From Edaphobacter aggregans (GTDB taxonomy: Bacteria > Acidobacteriota > Terriglobia > Terriglobales > Acidobacteriaceae): a DNA stretch of 32,000 bases. Positions 23,655-32,000 of this stretch are shown here, one piece after another. Position numbers and translations under genes: made by a program. Location: the NCBI RefSeq assembly GCF_003945235.1, contig NZ_RSDW01000001.1, forward strand, positions 1,590,001-1,622,000. The letters are read 5' to 3'. The first letter of the stretch is position 1, and each line of letters starts with the position of its first letter. The notes beneath the pieces are model-generated. The model did no database searches. It was not told the DNA's origin and was given only the letters and a program-made list of their open reading frames with translations.

Positions 23655-25022
23655 CTAAGGCCTCCGCCTCTCCTCTAAAACCACCCCCAACTCCGCGATG
23701 CACTCTCGATGCATCTCCATCACCGGCTCGGCCACCATCACCTGATTCTTCCCGCCTCGTTTCGCCTCATACAGCGCCGCATCCGAATGGTCCAACAGAC
23801 TCTGCCACGTCAGCCCGCACTGATCCGACGAAGCCACCCCCACGCTCGCGCTCACCTGCAGCGTCGCCCCCCGATACCGAATCACCAACTCCTCTACCTC
23901 CGCTCGCAGCCGTTCCGCGACCACCTGCGCCTCAGCAAGCTCCGCATCTGGCAGCAGCACGCAAAACTCATCTCCGCCCATCCGCGCCACCGAGTCATGC
24001 CCCCGCACCGTCTCCTGCACCACACTCGCCACCGACTGCAGCACCACATCGCCACACCCGTGACCGGCCCTGTCATTAATCTCCTTCATCCCATCCAGAT
24101 CGATCATCAGCACCGCCAGCTTTCCCTTCGTTCGCCGGCATCGCTCGATCTCCCGTATCGCCACCCGCTTCAGCGCCCACCGGTTCAGCAAACCGGTCAG
24201 CTCATCCACCTGTGCCCTCCACTGCAACTCCACGCGAAGCTTCGCCGTAGCAAGAAACATGTACCCAAATGCAGTCGCCGCGCTCGTCACCAGGCAGGCA
24301 ATGAGCCACAAAATATTCGTCTTCTGCAAAAGCGCCTGATACTCCGGCCGGCCAAAATGCGTCAGCACCAGCGCCCGCATAAACTGCACAACCGCATACA
24401 CCGACAGCGCCACTCCCGTCAGCCATCCCGCCAGCCCAACGTCGTCTCCCGAGAACCGAAAGACCACCGCCGCAATCACTCCAAACTGCATCGCCAGCGT
24501 CAGGTAGAGCAGAATCTCCAGCAACGGAGTCTCCACCGGATGCAGTACCACCATCACCACCCCAGCCGTGAGTGCGGCCACCAAACTGTATTGCACCCCT
24601 TTCAGCATCGGCCCGCGCTCCAGCAGGTCCGCGAAGCTCCGGTGCAGCATCATCAGTCCAGTCACCGAAAACAATCCCGTTAAGGCATAGGACAACCCCG
24701 GCGGCCCCACATGCAGCCACAAGCTTCCCGTCGCCAGCATCGCAGCGCCACTGCACAGGTTCGCCCCCGCAAACCACATCGCCCCCTTCGTCCCGCCGAT
24801 GATCCGCGCATTCACCAGCATCACGGCTGCGTACAGCGCGAACAGCAAAACGTTCGCCAGCAGCAGAACACGAGCGTCCATCACCTCAGTCCAGTCCGGG
24901 AGCGTAGACGCGTTCTCGACGTCACCCCACAACACGATCAATGCATTTCCGGCTGCCCCCACCGTATGCGCCGTCCACCACAGAAAAGGACCCGGTACTC
25001 CACCAGCAACCGCGGTCACCAT
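23655..25022 (-). CDS. membrane-bound diguanylate cyclase (GGDEF) with a polytopic N-terminal sensor region
   Basis: About 8 hydrophobic segments are followed by DELTGLLNRW...MIDLDGMKEINDRAGHGCGD...RGHDSVARMGGDEFCVLL. An RxxD I-site lies 5 residues before GGDEF. Confidence 0.85.
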   Translation of the reverse strand: MVTAVAGGVPGPFLWWTAHTVGAAGNALIVLWGDVENASTLPDWTEVMDARVLLLANVLLFALYAAVMLVNARIIGGTKGAMWFAGANLCSGAAMLATGSLWLHVGPPGLSYALTGLFSVTGLMMLHRSFADLLERGPMLKGVQYSLVAALTAGVVMVVLHPVETPLLEILLYLTLAMQFGVIAAVVFRFSGDDVGLAGWLTGVALSVYAVVQFMRALVLTHFGRPEYQALLQKTNILWLIACLVTSAATAFGYMFLATAKLRVELQWRAQVDELTGLLNRWALKRVAIREIERCRRTKGKLAVLMIDLDGMKEINDRAGHGCGDVVLQSVASVVQETVRGHDSVARMGGDEFCVLLPDAELAEAQVVAERLRAEVEELVIRYRGATLQVSASVGVASSDQCGLTWQSLLDHSDAALYEAKRGGKNQVMVAEPVMEMHRECIAELGVVLEERRRP

Positions 25023-25159
25023 GCGCCGTCTCCTCGAAAGACCAACTCTCCCATCAAGTCAAAGACGTGTAAACATCTGTACCAAACTTATGTTCCTCAA
25101 TTGTTAACGGCCCACCAGCGAAACGCGCCCTCCTTTTGGATCCCTGTTACTCTTTGGAG

Positions 25160-25777
25160 CTACAAATCTATACCTTTCAGCTTCTTCCGCACGAATCCCA
25201 CGACCTCTTCCGTCACATACATCGGAGGCCGCATCGCCAGTACCGGAGTCCCCTGCACCAGCTTCAACGAAACCCCCTTCCACTCCGGCCTTCCCAGCAC
25301 GCCCTCCGGAACCAGCACAGCATCCGCCCGATCCAGATACAGCCGCGCCGAATCCTTGAAGTCCGCCACCTCCGGATCTAGCACACTGAGATAGAGATCA
25401 GGCCGCAAAAACCGCATAATGCTGTTCGACTCGATCACCGCATTCTCTGCCTTCTCGATCTCTTTACGTATACGAGGCATCGCCTCCGCCAGATCTCCCG
25501 TCCGCGTCCTCACCCACAACGACCGCACCGCCCCCGCCGCCAGAAACCGCCCCGAATCCGTCCCCGCATCTCCCCCCACCCGCTCTTCACTCACCGCGAT
25601 CGTATGTTCCGCCGTCTCGCAATCACAAGGCTCGCCATTCGCCGAGCACATCCCATGCCCAAACTGCGTCACCTTGAACGCCGTCCACCGCATCTCCGGC
25701 ATCGCGCGGATCAGCCCCTCCACCACGCTCGTCTTTCCCACGTTCCGTGAGTGCCCGCCAACCACCACAATGGCCAT
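25160..25777 (-). CDS. hypothetical P-loop protein with a BioD/CobQ-like deviant Walker A
   Basis: MAIVVVGGHSRNVGKTS fits a GxxxxxGKT spacing, as in dethiobiotin-synthetase-like NTPases. There is a Cys cluster, CSANGEPCDC. No further family motif was recognised. Confidence 0.5.
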   Translation of the reverse strand: MAIVVVGGHSRNVGKTSVVEGLIRAMPEMRWTAFKVTQFGHGMCSANGEPCDCETAEHTIAVSEERVGGDAGTDSGRFLAAGAVRSLWVRTRTGDLAEAMPRIRKEIEKAENAVIESNSIMRFLRPDLYLSVLDPEVADFKDSARLYLDRADAVLVPEGVLGRPEWKGVSLKLVQGTPVLAMRPPMYVTEEVVGFVRKKLKGIDL

Positions 25778-25858
25778 CTTCTACACCGCCAAAAACCACA
25801 TCAAAACCACGCTTGCCACACATTTTTCCAGCAACAAACCAGCGTTTTTCCCAGAAAA

Positions 25859-26785
25859 TCAGCGTTTTTTCAGCCGAGCCAGGTCCCTTAAATATTCCTT
25901 CAAAGGACGCGCCGGCCGACCCCAGAAAACCTCCCCCGGCCCATGCATCTTCTTCCCACTCAAAACCCCAGCCCCACCCCCCAGAATCACGCCTTTCCCC
26001 ACCGTAGCATGCTCCCCAATCCCAACCTGCCCCCCCAGCACAGCCCCATCCTCCACCACACTCGACCCCGAAATCCCCGTCTGTGCCGCAATCACAACAT
26101 TCTTTCCTATCAGGCAGTTATGCCCAATATGCACCAGATTATCGATCTTCGTCCCCCGCCCAATCCGCGTCTCCCCCAGAGCCCCGCGATCGATCGTCGT
26201 ATTAGCCCCAATCTCAACATCGTCCTCCACCACCAGCCGCCCCTGCTGCGGAAACAACACATACTCTCCCGTCTCTGCACTCCGCGCATACCCAAACCCC
26301 GTAGCCCCCAAAACAGCCCCAGCCTGCACCACAACCCGATCCCCAATCACCGTACCAGGATAGATCGTCACTCCAGCTAAGACATTGCAATCATTACCGA
26401 TAACCACCCCACCCCCCAACACCACCCGAGGTCCAACCCAAGTCCCCTGGCCAATCTTCACACCCTCCCCCAACACCGCCGTAGGATGCACCCCCGCCAC
26501 AAACCCCTTACCAGCAAGCCGCTGCGCCACCACCGCAAATGCATACCGAGGATCAGCCACCCAGACAATCCGTGGATCAGCCGGCAGCTCCCAAAGCTCC
26601 ACCTTATTGCTCACCAAAATCGCCCCAGCCTTCGACTCCAGCGCCGCAACCAGCATCGTCTGATCCATCGCAAACACCAGCGAATTCGCGGTCGCCCCAT
26701 CAATTCCCGACACCCGAGTAATCTCCGCCTCACCCGCCGGAGCCTTCGCCCCAACCCACCCTGCGATCTCGCTCACCTTAGCCAT
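25859..26785 (-). CDS. lpxD: UDP-3-O-acylglucosamine N-acyltransferase
   Basis: [13 protein letters not shown]...SLVF N-terminal domain, then long left-handed beta-helix hexapeptide repeats (IGxxxxI/V). The ATG overlaps the TGA of the upstream acyltransferase gene by 1 nt (TGATG). The ORF is open to 26845. Confidence 0.85.
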   Translation of the reverse strand: MAKVSEIAGWVGAKAPAGEAEITRVSGIDGATANSLVFAMDQTMLVAALESKAGAILVSNKVELWELPADPRIVWVADPRYAFAVVAQRLAGKGFVAGVHPTAVLGEGVKIGQGTWVGPRVVLGGGVVIGNDCNVLAGVTIYPGTVIGDRVVVQAGAVLGATGFGYARSAETGEYVLFPQQGRLVVEDDVEIGANTTIDRGALGETRIGRGTKIDNLVHIGHNCLIGKNVVIAAQTGISGSSVVEDGAVLGGQVGIGEHATVGKGVILGGGAGVLSGKKMHGPGEVFWGRPARPLKEYLRDLARLKKR

Positions 26786-27729
26786 CAATAAATCCTCTCG
26801 TCCCCATCCAGCCGCGTCTTCCAGCGCCGATGCATCCACAACCACTGCTCAGGATACCGCCGAACATACTGCTCAATAATCGCCGTAAAACAAGCTGTAT
26901 TCGTCACCGCATCGCGCTCGGCATCGCCAGTATGGACAACCTCCAACTCCTCGCCAAACCGCAGCACATACTTCTTCTCACCCTCATCCCACAACAAAAA
27001 ACCCGGAACCACCGCCGCCCCCGTCTTCGCCGCCACCCGCGCCATCCCCGAAGCCGTACAAGCCATCACCCCAAAAAACGGTACAAACACCCCCTGCGGC
27101 GGAGTCATATTCGTATCCATCAAAAACCCCACCGTCTGCCCCGCCCGCATCGCCGCAATCAATCCCCGCGCAAAATCATCCTTATGAATCACCCGATTAC
27201 CATGCATGCAGCGAATCCGATTCACAAAGGCATCCACCAGCGGATTATCCAGCCGCCGTATCACCATCGCCATCGGATACCCCATCAGCGAGTGATAAAA
27301 GCTAGACAGCTCCCAGGCCCCCAGATGCCCCGTCAGCACCAGAACACCCTTCCCCTTGTCCCGCGCCCGCAAATAATTCTCCAACCCCTCATACCGGATA
27401 AACCGGCTGGCCCTCTCCGCCGTATACCCCGGCATCAGGCAGAACTCCGCCAGCAGATACCCCAAATTCCTGTAAACCGCCCGCAGCGTCTTCTCTCGCT
27501 CGGCCTCCTCCTTCTCAGGAAACGCCAGCGCAAGATTCCGCAGCCCCACCCGCCGCAACCGCCCTAGCAGACGAAACGCAACCCACCCAATCGCCGCCCC
27601 GATCCCGCGCGCCACACTCCGAGGCAGCATCCTCAGCAGATGAACAAAGACCCAGACAAAAGCAAACTCCACCGTCTCGCGGAGGTTCACTTTTTCCTTC
27701 GGCAGATCCTTCTGGGTAGCTTCGCTCAA
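26785..27729 (-). CDS. lipid A biosynthesis (Kdo)2-lipid IVA acyltransferase family protein (LpxL/HtrB-like lysophospholipid acyltransferase)
   Basis: HLGAWE catalytic HX4E motif, GFLMDTN and a C-terminal [14 protein letters not shown]-terminal membrane anchor. Confidence 0.8.
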   Translation of the reverse strand: MSEATQKDLPKEKVNLRETVEFAFVWVFVHLLRMLPRSVARGIGAAIGWVAFRLLGRLRRVGLRNLALAFPEKEEAEREKTLRAVYRNLGYLLAEFCLMPGYTAERASRFIRYEGLENYLRARDKGKGVLVLTGHLGAWELSSFYHSLMGYPMAMVIRRLDNPLVDAFVNRIRCMHGNRVIHKDDFARGLIAAMRAGQTVGFLMDTNMTPPQGVFVPFFGVMACTASGMARVAAKTGAAVVPGFLLWDEGEKKYVLRFGEELEVVHTGDAERDAVTNTACFTAIIEQYVRRYPEQWLWMHRRWKTRLDGDERIY

Positions 27730-27832
27730 GCCTCAAGTCTAACGGCTTCCACCACCATGCCCAAACACAAGAAGAGGCGACCAGAATCGATCGCCCCTCC
27801 ACAAACTCAAAGCTAAATCAAACATGCAAATC

Positions 27833-28531
27833 TTAGTGACTTTCCTTCGCTCTGACGAAGTACTTCGCCACCGTCCGCACGAACGGTTCTCCCTCCGGCG
27901 GCGTGGGATGTTGCCCCTTCAAGATAGTTTCAAACGGAACATTATCGCCATACAACGTCCGCGTATCATCCTGGTTCTGTGACAACACAGTCCCATCAAG
28001 ATCGATACCCGCAAACAGACCCTTGCTGCGCGAGTAAGTCAGAAACTCAGCATTCAGCTTCCAATCCGTACCAGCCTGAGCATTACGCCCAACCGGCCCA
28101 GCCGAAGCCGCAGCATCCGCACCGATCTTAAACTTGTTCTTCAGCATGGCCTGAAGCCCCTGATCATTCATCGCAATCAGAACTAGGTCCGTCGCCTGAC
28201 CGCCAGCCTGAAATCCGAAGCTTCCGCCCTCCAACTGCACCAATACCGGCGCGCTCCAACCCCTCGGCGTGCGGCAGGTTGCGGCGCCTTGGCCATACTG
28301 GGCACCAACTATAAACGCACCCTTCTTAAAGCTCGGAATCACCACGACGCACGAGGCTCCCGCCAAAATCTCACCAGGAATTCCCTTGTCCGGAGCAGAC
28401 ATAATCTGGCTGATTACCGTGCCCGCATCCTGCAGCCGACCCGCGATCTTCGCCTTATCGCCCGCCGCGAACGCACTCATAGAGCTCGCCAAAAGAGCGA
28501 TCCCACTCACAATCACAGAAAATTTCTTCAT
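27833..28531 (-). CDS. secreted SYLF (DUF500/Ysc84-like) lipid-binding domain protein
   Basis: Signal MKKFSVIVSGIALLASSMSAFA. Then IPSFKKGAFIVGAQYGQG, GGSFGFQAGGQATDLVL and SKGLFAGIDLDGTVL. The ORF is open to a GTG at 28540. The ATG at 28531 follows AAGGTG. Confidence 0.8.
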   Translation of the reverse strand: MKKFSVIVSGIALLASSMSAFAAGDKAKIAGRLQDAGTVISQIMSAPDKGIPGEILAGASCVVVIPSFKKGAFIVGAQYGQGAATCRTPRGWSAPVLVQLEGGSFGFQAGGQATDLVLIAMNDQGLQAMLKNKFKIGADAAASAGPVGRNAQAGTDWKLNAEFLTYSRSKGLFAGIDLDGTVLSQNQDDTRTLYGDNVPFETILKGQHPTPPEGEPFVRTVAKYFVRAKESH

Positions 28532-28657
28532 GTTTTTCACCTTTTTATCCCTTATTTTATCCAGCCACAGAGCTGGAAAGCGTCGACAAGCCGCTTATTT
28601 CCAACATGATATGAGATGTAACCCTGGAATAAGAAGTTGTATGCGCAAGAGAAACCT

Positions 28658-28725
28658 GAAAAAAATAAAAAATGGGGGTTGTAGAGATAGTGCCTGGTTC
28701 CCCAGACGCGCTCTCTACAACCCCT
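28658..28725 (-). terminator. rho-independent terminator of the LuxR-type regulator gene
   Basis: On the - strand: GGGGTTGTAGAGA...TCTCTACAACCCC forms a 13-bp stem, with an inner CTGG/CCAG pair in the loop. It is followed by CATTTTTTATTTTTTTC. Confidence 0.6.
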
Positions 28726-28814
28726 CTCCCAGGTCTGTGTTGCTTACTCACAACTCTGCATCACAATTCTCTGTCCCACAACGGTACAGAGGTATGTAGA
28801 CCTTTGAGCGGTTT

Positions 28815-28839
28815 CTATTAATAATCTAGTTACTAATAG
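28815..28839. promoter_or_regulatory. AT-rich imperfect palindrome immediately 3' of the LuxR-type gene
   Basis: CTATTAATAA-tctag-TTACTAATAG has 10-bp arms with one mismatch. It is very AT-rich for this sequence. Function unknown. Confidence 0.3.
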
Positions 28840-28852
28840 ACAAACACGTAAC

Positions 28853-29509
28853 TCATTGCTGCGTAAAGAGATTTCGACTCACAGCTTGCATCGTCAGTGC
28901 GATACGGTTCGTCACCCCGACCTTCCGCATCAACCTTCCAACATGCGCTTTCACCGTGGCTTCATCAATGCCCAGTGCACTGGCAATCTCCCGATTCGGA
29001 CTTCCCGCCACCAGCAACCGCAGCACCTGCCCCTCCCGCTCAGTAAACCGTGGCTCACCAACCGGCCCCTGCCCATCCCCACTAGAGGACGCCTCCAGCA
29101 ACCGCGCCAGCACCTTCCTGGGAGCCCATACCGACCCATCCTGCACAATCTCGATCGCCAGCCGTATCTCGCTCTCCTTCGCCCCATGCGTCAGATAGCC
29201 CTTCGCACCCGCGCCAATGATCTTCTGGATGTACTCGTGATCGTTCTCCAACCCGATTACAACGAGCCGCAGATGCGGACGCGACCGCCGAAACGTAGCC
29301 AGCAACTCAAGGATATGATCCGCGCACGTCGCATCGATCAGGATCAGTGAGACCCCCGACGCATCCAGCGCACCCGGCACCGACAGCGGAATCACATCCG
29401 CCTTCAATCCCTCAGCAAAGATCGCCTGCAATCCCATAATGCGCAGCGGGTCCGTAGCAATCAGCCCCATCCGCAGACGGTCGTGTGGCAGTGTCTCTTT
29501 CATGGCCAT
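28853..29509 (-). CDS. orphan NarL/FixJ-type response regulator (receiver + LuxR HTH) with an atypical receiver
   Basis: C-terminal FTEREGQVLRLLVAGSPNREIASALGIDEATVKAHVGRLMRKVGVTNR. The receiver has LILID (putative phospho-Asp) and GAKGYL (Lys). The acidic pair reads TD and the conserved Thr/Ser position reads G (VVIGLEN). No kinase gene is adjacent. Confidence 0.8.
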   Translation of the reverse strand: MAMKETLPHDRLRMGLIATDPLRIMGLQAIFAEGLKADVIPLSVPGALDASGVSLILIDATCADHILELLATFRRSRPHLRLVVIGLENDHEYIQKIIGAGAKGYLTHGAKESEIRLAIEIVQDGSVWAPRKVLARLLEASSSGDGQGPVGEPRFTEREGQVLRLLVAGSPNREIASALGIDEATVKAHVGRLMRKVGVTNRIALTMQAVSRNLFTQQ

Positions 29510-29572
29510 TGCGGCGTCCTTGCGCCGTCGGTCAATCAGTAGGCAGTTTGAAAATCCAATAAATCAGTTGGC

Positions 29573-30127
29573 CTAAAGCTTCGGCAGAACGATTCCCTGC
29601 TGATTCTGATACTTTCCTTTGCGGTCTGCGTAGCTAACTTCACAAACCTCATCCGACTGGAAGAACAGTATCTGGCACAGCCCTTCGTTCGCATAAATCC
29701 GCGCCGGCAACGGTGTCGTGTTCGAGATCTCCAACGTCACAAACCCTTCCCACTCCGGCTCGAACGGCGTCACATTGACGATGATGCCACACCGCGCATA
29801 CGTCGATTTTCCCACGCAGATCGTCAGCACATCCCTGGGAATCTTGAAATACTCAATCGACCGTGCCAGTGCAAACGAGTTCGGCGGCACAATCACGCTC
29901 GGCGCCTGCACAGAAACAAACGAGCGCTCATCAAACGCCTTTGGGTCGATAATCGCACTATTCACGTTCGTAAAAATCTTGAATTCATCGGAAACCCGCA
30001 GGTCATACCCATAAGACGACAGTCCATACGAAATCACCCCGTCTTTCACCTGTTTCTCACTAAACGGGGCGATCATTCCATGATCAATCGCCTGCTGCCG
30101 AATCCAACGGTCACTTTTAATGGCCAC
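29573..30127 (-). CDS. dcd: dCTP deaminase
   Basis: [30 protein letters not shown], then [31 protein letters not shown]. Confidence 0.9.
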   Translation of the reverse strand: MAIKSDRWIRQQAIDHGMIAPFSEKQVKDGVISYGLSSYGYDLRVSDEFKIFTNVNSAIIDPKAFDERSFVSVQAPSVIVPPNSFALARSIEYFKIPRDVLTICVGKSTYARCGIIVNVTPFEPEWEGFVTLEISNTTPLPARIYANEGLCQILFFQSDEVCEVSYADRKGKYQNQQGIVLPKL

Positions 30128-30253
30128 TCGTTTGCTTCCCTTCCTCTTCTATTTCATGGTCTCAACTGTCGCAAAAGCAGGGCAAATTGGCCGCCGTACA
30201 ACCCTTTTCCCGTTGCCTCATTAGATTCTTCATCTTACGGTAGCGTTCTGGCG

Positions 30254-30282
30254 TTGACAATCTCCGTGCGAGTTTCTAACAT
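30254..30282 (+). promoter_or_regulatory. sigma70-like promoter candidate for the IHF/HU gene
   Basis: TTGACA (30254-30259), a 17-nt spacer, then TAACAT (30277-30282), about 68 nt upstream of the ATG at 30351. Confidence 0.4.
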
Positions 30283-30350
30283 CACCGTACTAAACCCAGG
30301 TCGGAAGTACCGCGTTTCACACAAATTACAGCCCAAGGACGGCGCCCCAA

Positions 30351-30620
30351 ATGATTAAGCAGGATTTGATACAAAGGGTGGTTGAGCGAACTGGCCTGCC
30401 AAGGACGAAAGCAGAGGCCGCCGTGGACGCAATCTTCGAGAGCATGAAAGCTACTCTCGTCGCTGGCGACCGCATCGAGCTCCGCGGCTTTGGCGTCTTC
30501 ACCGTCAAGCCAAGGAAAACCGGCATCGGCCGCAATCCAAGAACAGGCGCCGAAGTCACGATCGCTCCTGGCAAAGCGGTCCGCTTCAAGCCCGGCAAAG
30601 AGCTGCATCTGCTCAACTAA
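30351..30620 (+). CDS. integration host factor / HU-family DNA-bending protein
   Basis: 89 aa. RIELRGFGVFTVKPRKTGIGRNPRTGAEVTIAPGKAVRFKPGKEL is the canonical IHF/HU arm. Confidence 0.85.
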   Translation: MIKQDLIQRVVERTGLPRTKAEAAVDAIFESMKATLVAGDRIELRGFGVFTVKPRKTGIGRNPRTGAEVTIAPGKAVRFKPGKELHLLN

Positions 30621-30645
30621 GCGCCGCGAAGCGACTCCTGCTTCA

Positions 30646-32000
30646 TCACATCAGGTGAACTGCATCCACGTCCACCACCAGGTTCCGTCGCGGAATTCCC
30701 TGCGCGTCGGCAAACCGAAGCATCGCGCGCAAAGCCTCCCCCAGCACCTGTCTTCGCTCAGCCTTCAGCACAAAGTGATACCTGTAAATTCGCTTCAGCC
30801 GCACAATCGGCGCAGCCGCAGGCCCCAGTACCCGCACCTTCTCCAACCGCGTCTGCTGAAACCACCGCCCCAGCACACTTGACCACCCAGTAGCCTCCTC
30901 AAGCTTCTCGCTTTGGATCACCACATTCGCCAGCACAGCATAAGGCGGATAGTGCATCCACCGCCGATACTGAAGCTCCTTCGCCACGAACCCCGGATAA
31001 TCATGCTGCCCCGCAAACTGAATCGCATAATGATCCGGATGATATGTCTGCACCAACACCTTCCCCGGCAGATCCCCGCGCCCTGCCCGGCCTGACACCT
31101 GCGTCAGCAGCTGAAACACTCTCTCCGCCGCGCGAAAATCCGGCAGCCCCAGCGCAAAGTCCGCGCCGATCACGCCCACCAGCGTCACTCCATGAATATC
31201 GTGACCCTTCGCAATCATCTGCGTTCCCACTAGCAGATTGATCTCCCCCGCATGAAGCCGCGACAGCAGCCGTTCCATATCGCTGCGACCTCGCACCGTA
31301 TCGCGATCCATCCTCCCAATCCGCGCTCCGGGAAACAGCTCCTGCAACCGCTCCTCTCCTTGCTGCGACCCCGCCCCCAAAAAATAAAGATGCTCGCTCT
31401 CACACTTCGGACAAGTCTTCGGCACCCCACGCCGAAACCCGCAGTAATGACACTCCAGCCGCTGCCCCGGCTGAGCAATCGCATCACTCCCGCTCACCGG
31501 CTTGTGATACGTCATTGAGATCGCGCAGTTCTCACACTCAATCTTCCCGCCGCAACTTCTGCACATCACCACAAACGAATACCCGCGCCGATTCAGCAGA
31601 ATAATCACCTGCTCGCCGCGATCCAGCGTAGCCTGCGTCTCTTCAATCAGCTTGCGCGAAAAAATCTGCTCCTGCCCCGTCTCCTTGAACTCATTGCGCA
31701 TATCCACCAGTTCCACCGCTGGCAACGGACGGTCCGCCACCCTCTGTCGCATCTCCACCCGCGCATACCGGCCCTTCTCTGCATTCGCCCAGCTCTCTAG
31801 CGAAGGCGTCGCCGACCCCAGCACCACCACGGCATCATTCAACTTCGCCCGCATCACCGCCACATCGCGCCCGTGATACCGCGGAGTCTCCTCCTGCTTA
31901 TAACTTCCGTCATGCTCCTCATCGACAATGATCAGCCCCAGCTTCGCCACAGGAGCAAACACCGCCGACCGCGTCCCCACCACCACCCTCGCCTCACCCC
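30646..32000 (-). CDS. priA: primosomal protein N' (replication restart helicase), C-terminal ~450 aa; the N-terminus lies beyond the window
   Basis: IIVDEEHDGSYKQE (DEAH-like box). Cys-rich zinc-binding insert: CRSCGGKIECENC...CHYCG...CPKC. Then GTQMIAKGHD and the C-terminal domain. The frame remains open to nt 32000. Confidence 0.9.
   Translation of the reverse strand, partial: GEARVVVGTRSAVFAPVAKLGLIIVDEEHDGSYKQEETPRYHGRDVAVMRAKLNDAVVVLGSATPSLESWANAEKGRYARVEMRQRVADRPLPAVELVDMRNEFKETGQEQIFSRKLIEETQATLDRGEQVIILLNRRGYSFVVMCRSCGGKIECENCAISMTYHKPVSGSDAIAQPGQRLECHYCGFRRGVPKTCPKCESEHLYFLGAGSQQGEERLQELFPGARIGRMDRDTVRGRSDMERLLSRLHAGEINLLVGTQMIAKGHDIHGVTLVGVIGADFALGLPDFRAAERVFQLLTQVSGRAGRGDLPGKVLVQTYHPDHYAIQFAGQHDYPGFVAKELQYRRWMHYPPYAVLANVVIQSEKLEEATGWSSVLGRWFQQTRLEKVRVLGPAAAPIVRLKRIYRYHFVLKAERRQVLGEALRAMLRFADAQGIPRRNLVVDVDAVHLM

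Noticed and set aside
1-32000. A search for a defence system, CRISPR array, retroelement/DGR, toxin-antitoxin pair, prophage, integrase, transposase, tRNA, rRNA, tmRNA, RNase P or SRP RNA.
   Set aside because: I found none of the following by eye on either strand: regularly spaced direct repeats, RT/nuclease/integrase motifs, tRNA T-arm consensus (GGTTCGAnTCC), or conserved ncRNA cores. The compositional islands lack mobility genes and flanking direct repeats, so I do not call them mobile elements.

Overview
High-GC chromosomal segment. The gene content (a VWA protein of the acidobacterial TIGR03436-like type, BshB1, secreted GH29 enzymes, GTCATCC-type intergenic repeats) suggests an Acidobacteriota (Terriglobia-like) genome; this is inference only. 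I support about 30 protein genes, one decayed gene, several dispersed or tandem repeats, and a few terminators and promoter candidates. I recognised no rRNA, tRNA, CRISPR array, transposase, integrase or phage genes.

Gene layout:
- 66-1805 (-): DUF302 gene followed by a MeaB/methylmalonyl-CoA-epimerase fusion.
- 2014-10622 (+): glycan-type cluster with two GH29 fucosidases, an outer-membrane barrel protein, a broken arylsulfatase, a TlpA-like redoxin, a sugar-acid MFS transporter and a GntR regulator.
- 10623-10965: repeat-laden spacer.
- 10966-13563 (+): an unusually long, mosaic metG.
- 13709-14688 (+): two tandem secreted cupins.
- 14723-17211 (+): tatD, yajQ, ispB.
- 17295-18958 (+): orphan membrane protein plus a VWA-related protein.
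- From 18981, mostly (-): xseB, a YitJ-like MetH-domain/MTHFR fusion, a (+) lipoprotein, (+) bshB1, a GGDEF cyclase, a BioD-like P-loop protein, lpxD, an lpxL-family gene, a SYLF protein, an orphan LuxR response regulator, dcd, a (+) IHF/HU gene and partial priA.

The strongest whole-window signal is an extreme strand asymmetry. The + strand is C/A-rich whatever the gene direction. Short segments with other composition therefore stand out: a patch inside metG, the cupin pair and the orphan membrane gene.

I did not find a convincing new multi-gene system such as defence, secretion or a retroelement. The most unusual items are:
- the multiply remodelled metG (an in-frame repeat-element insertion beside KMSKS, a foreign-composition patch, extra insertions);
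- the MeaB-epimerase fusion;
- the in-frame-deleted and frameshifted sulfatase;
- the small compositional islands.

All functional calls rest on motif recognition by eye, not on database searches.
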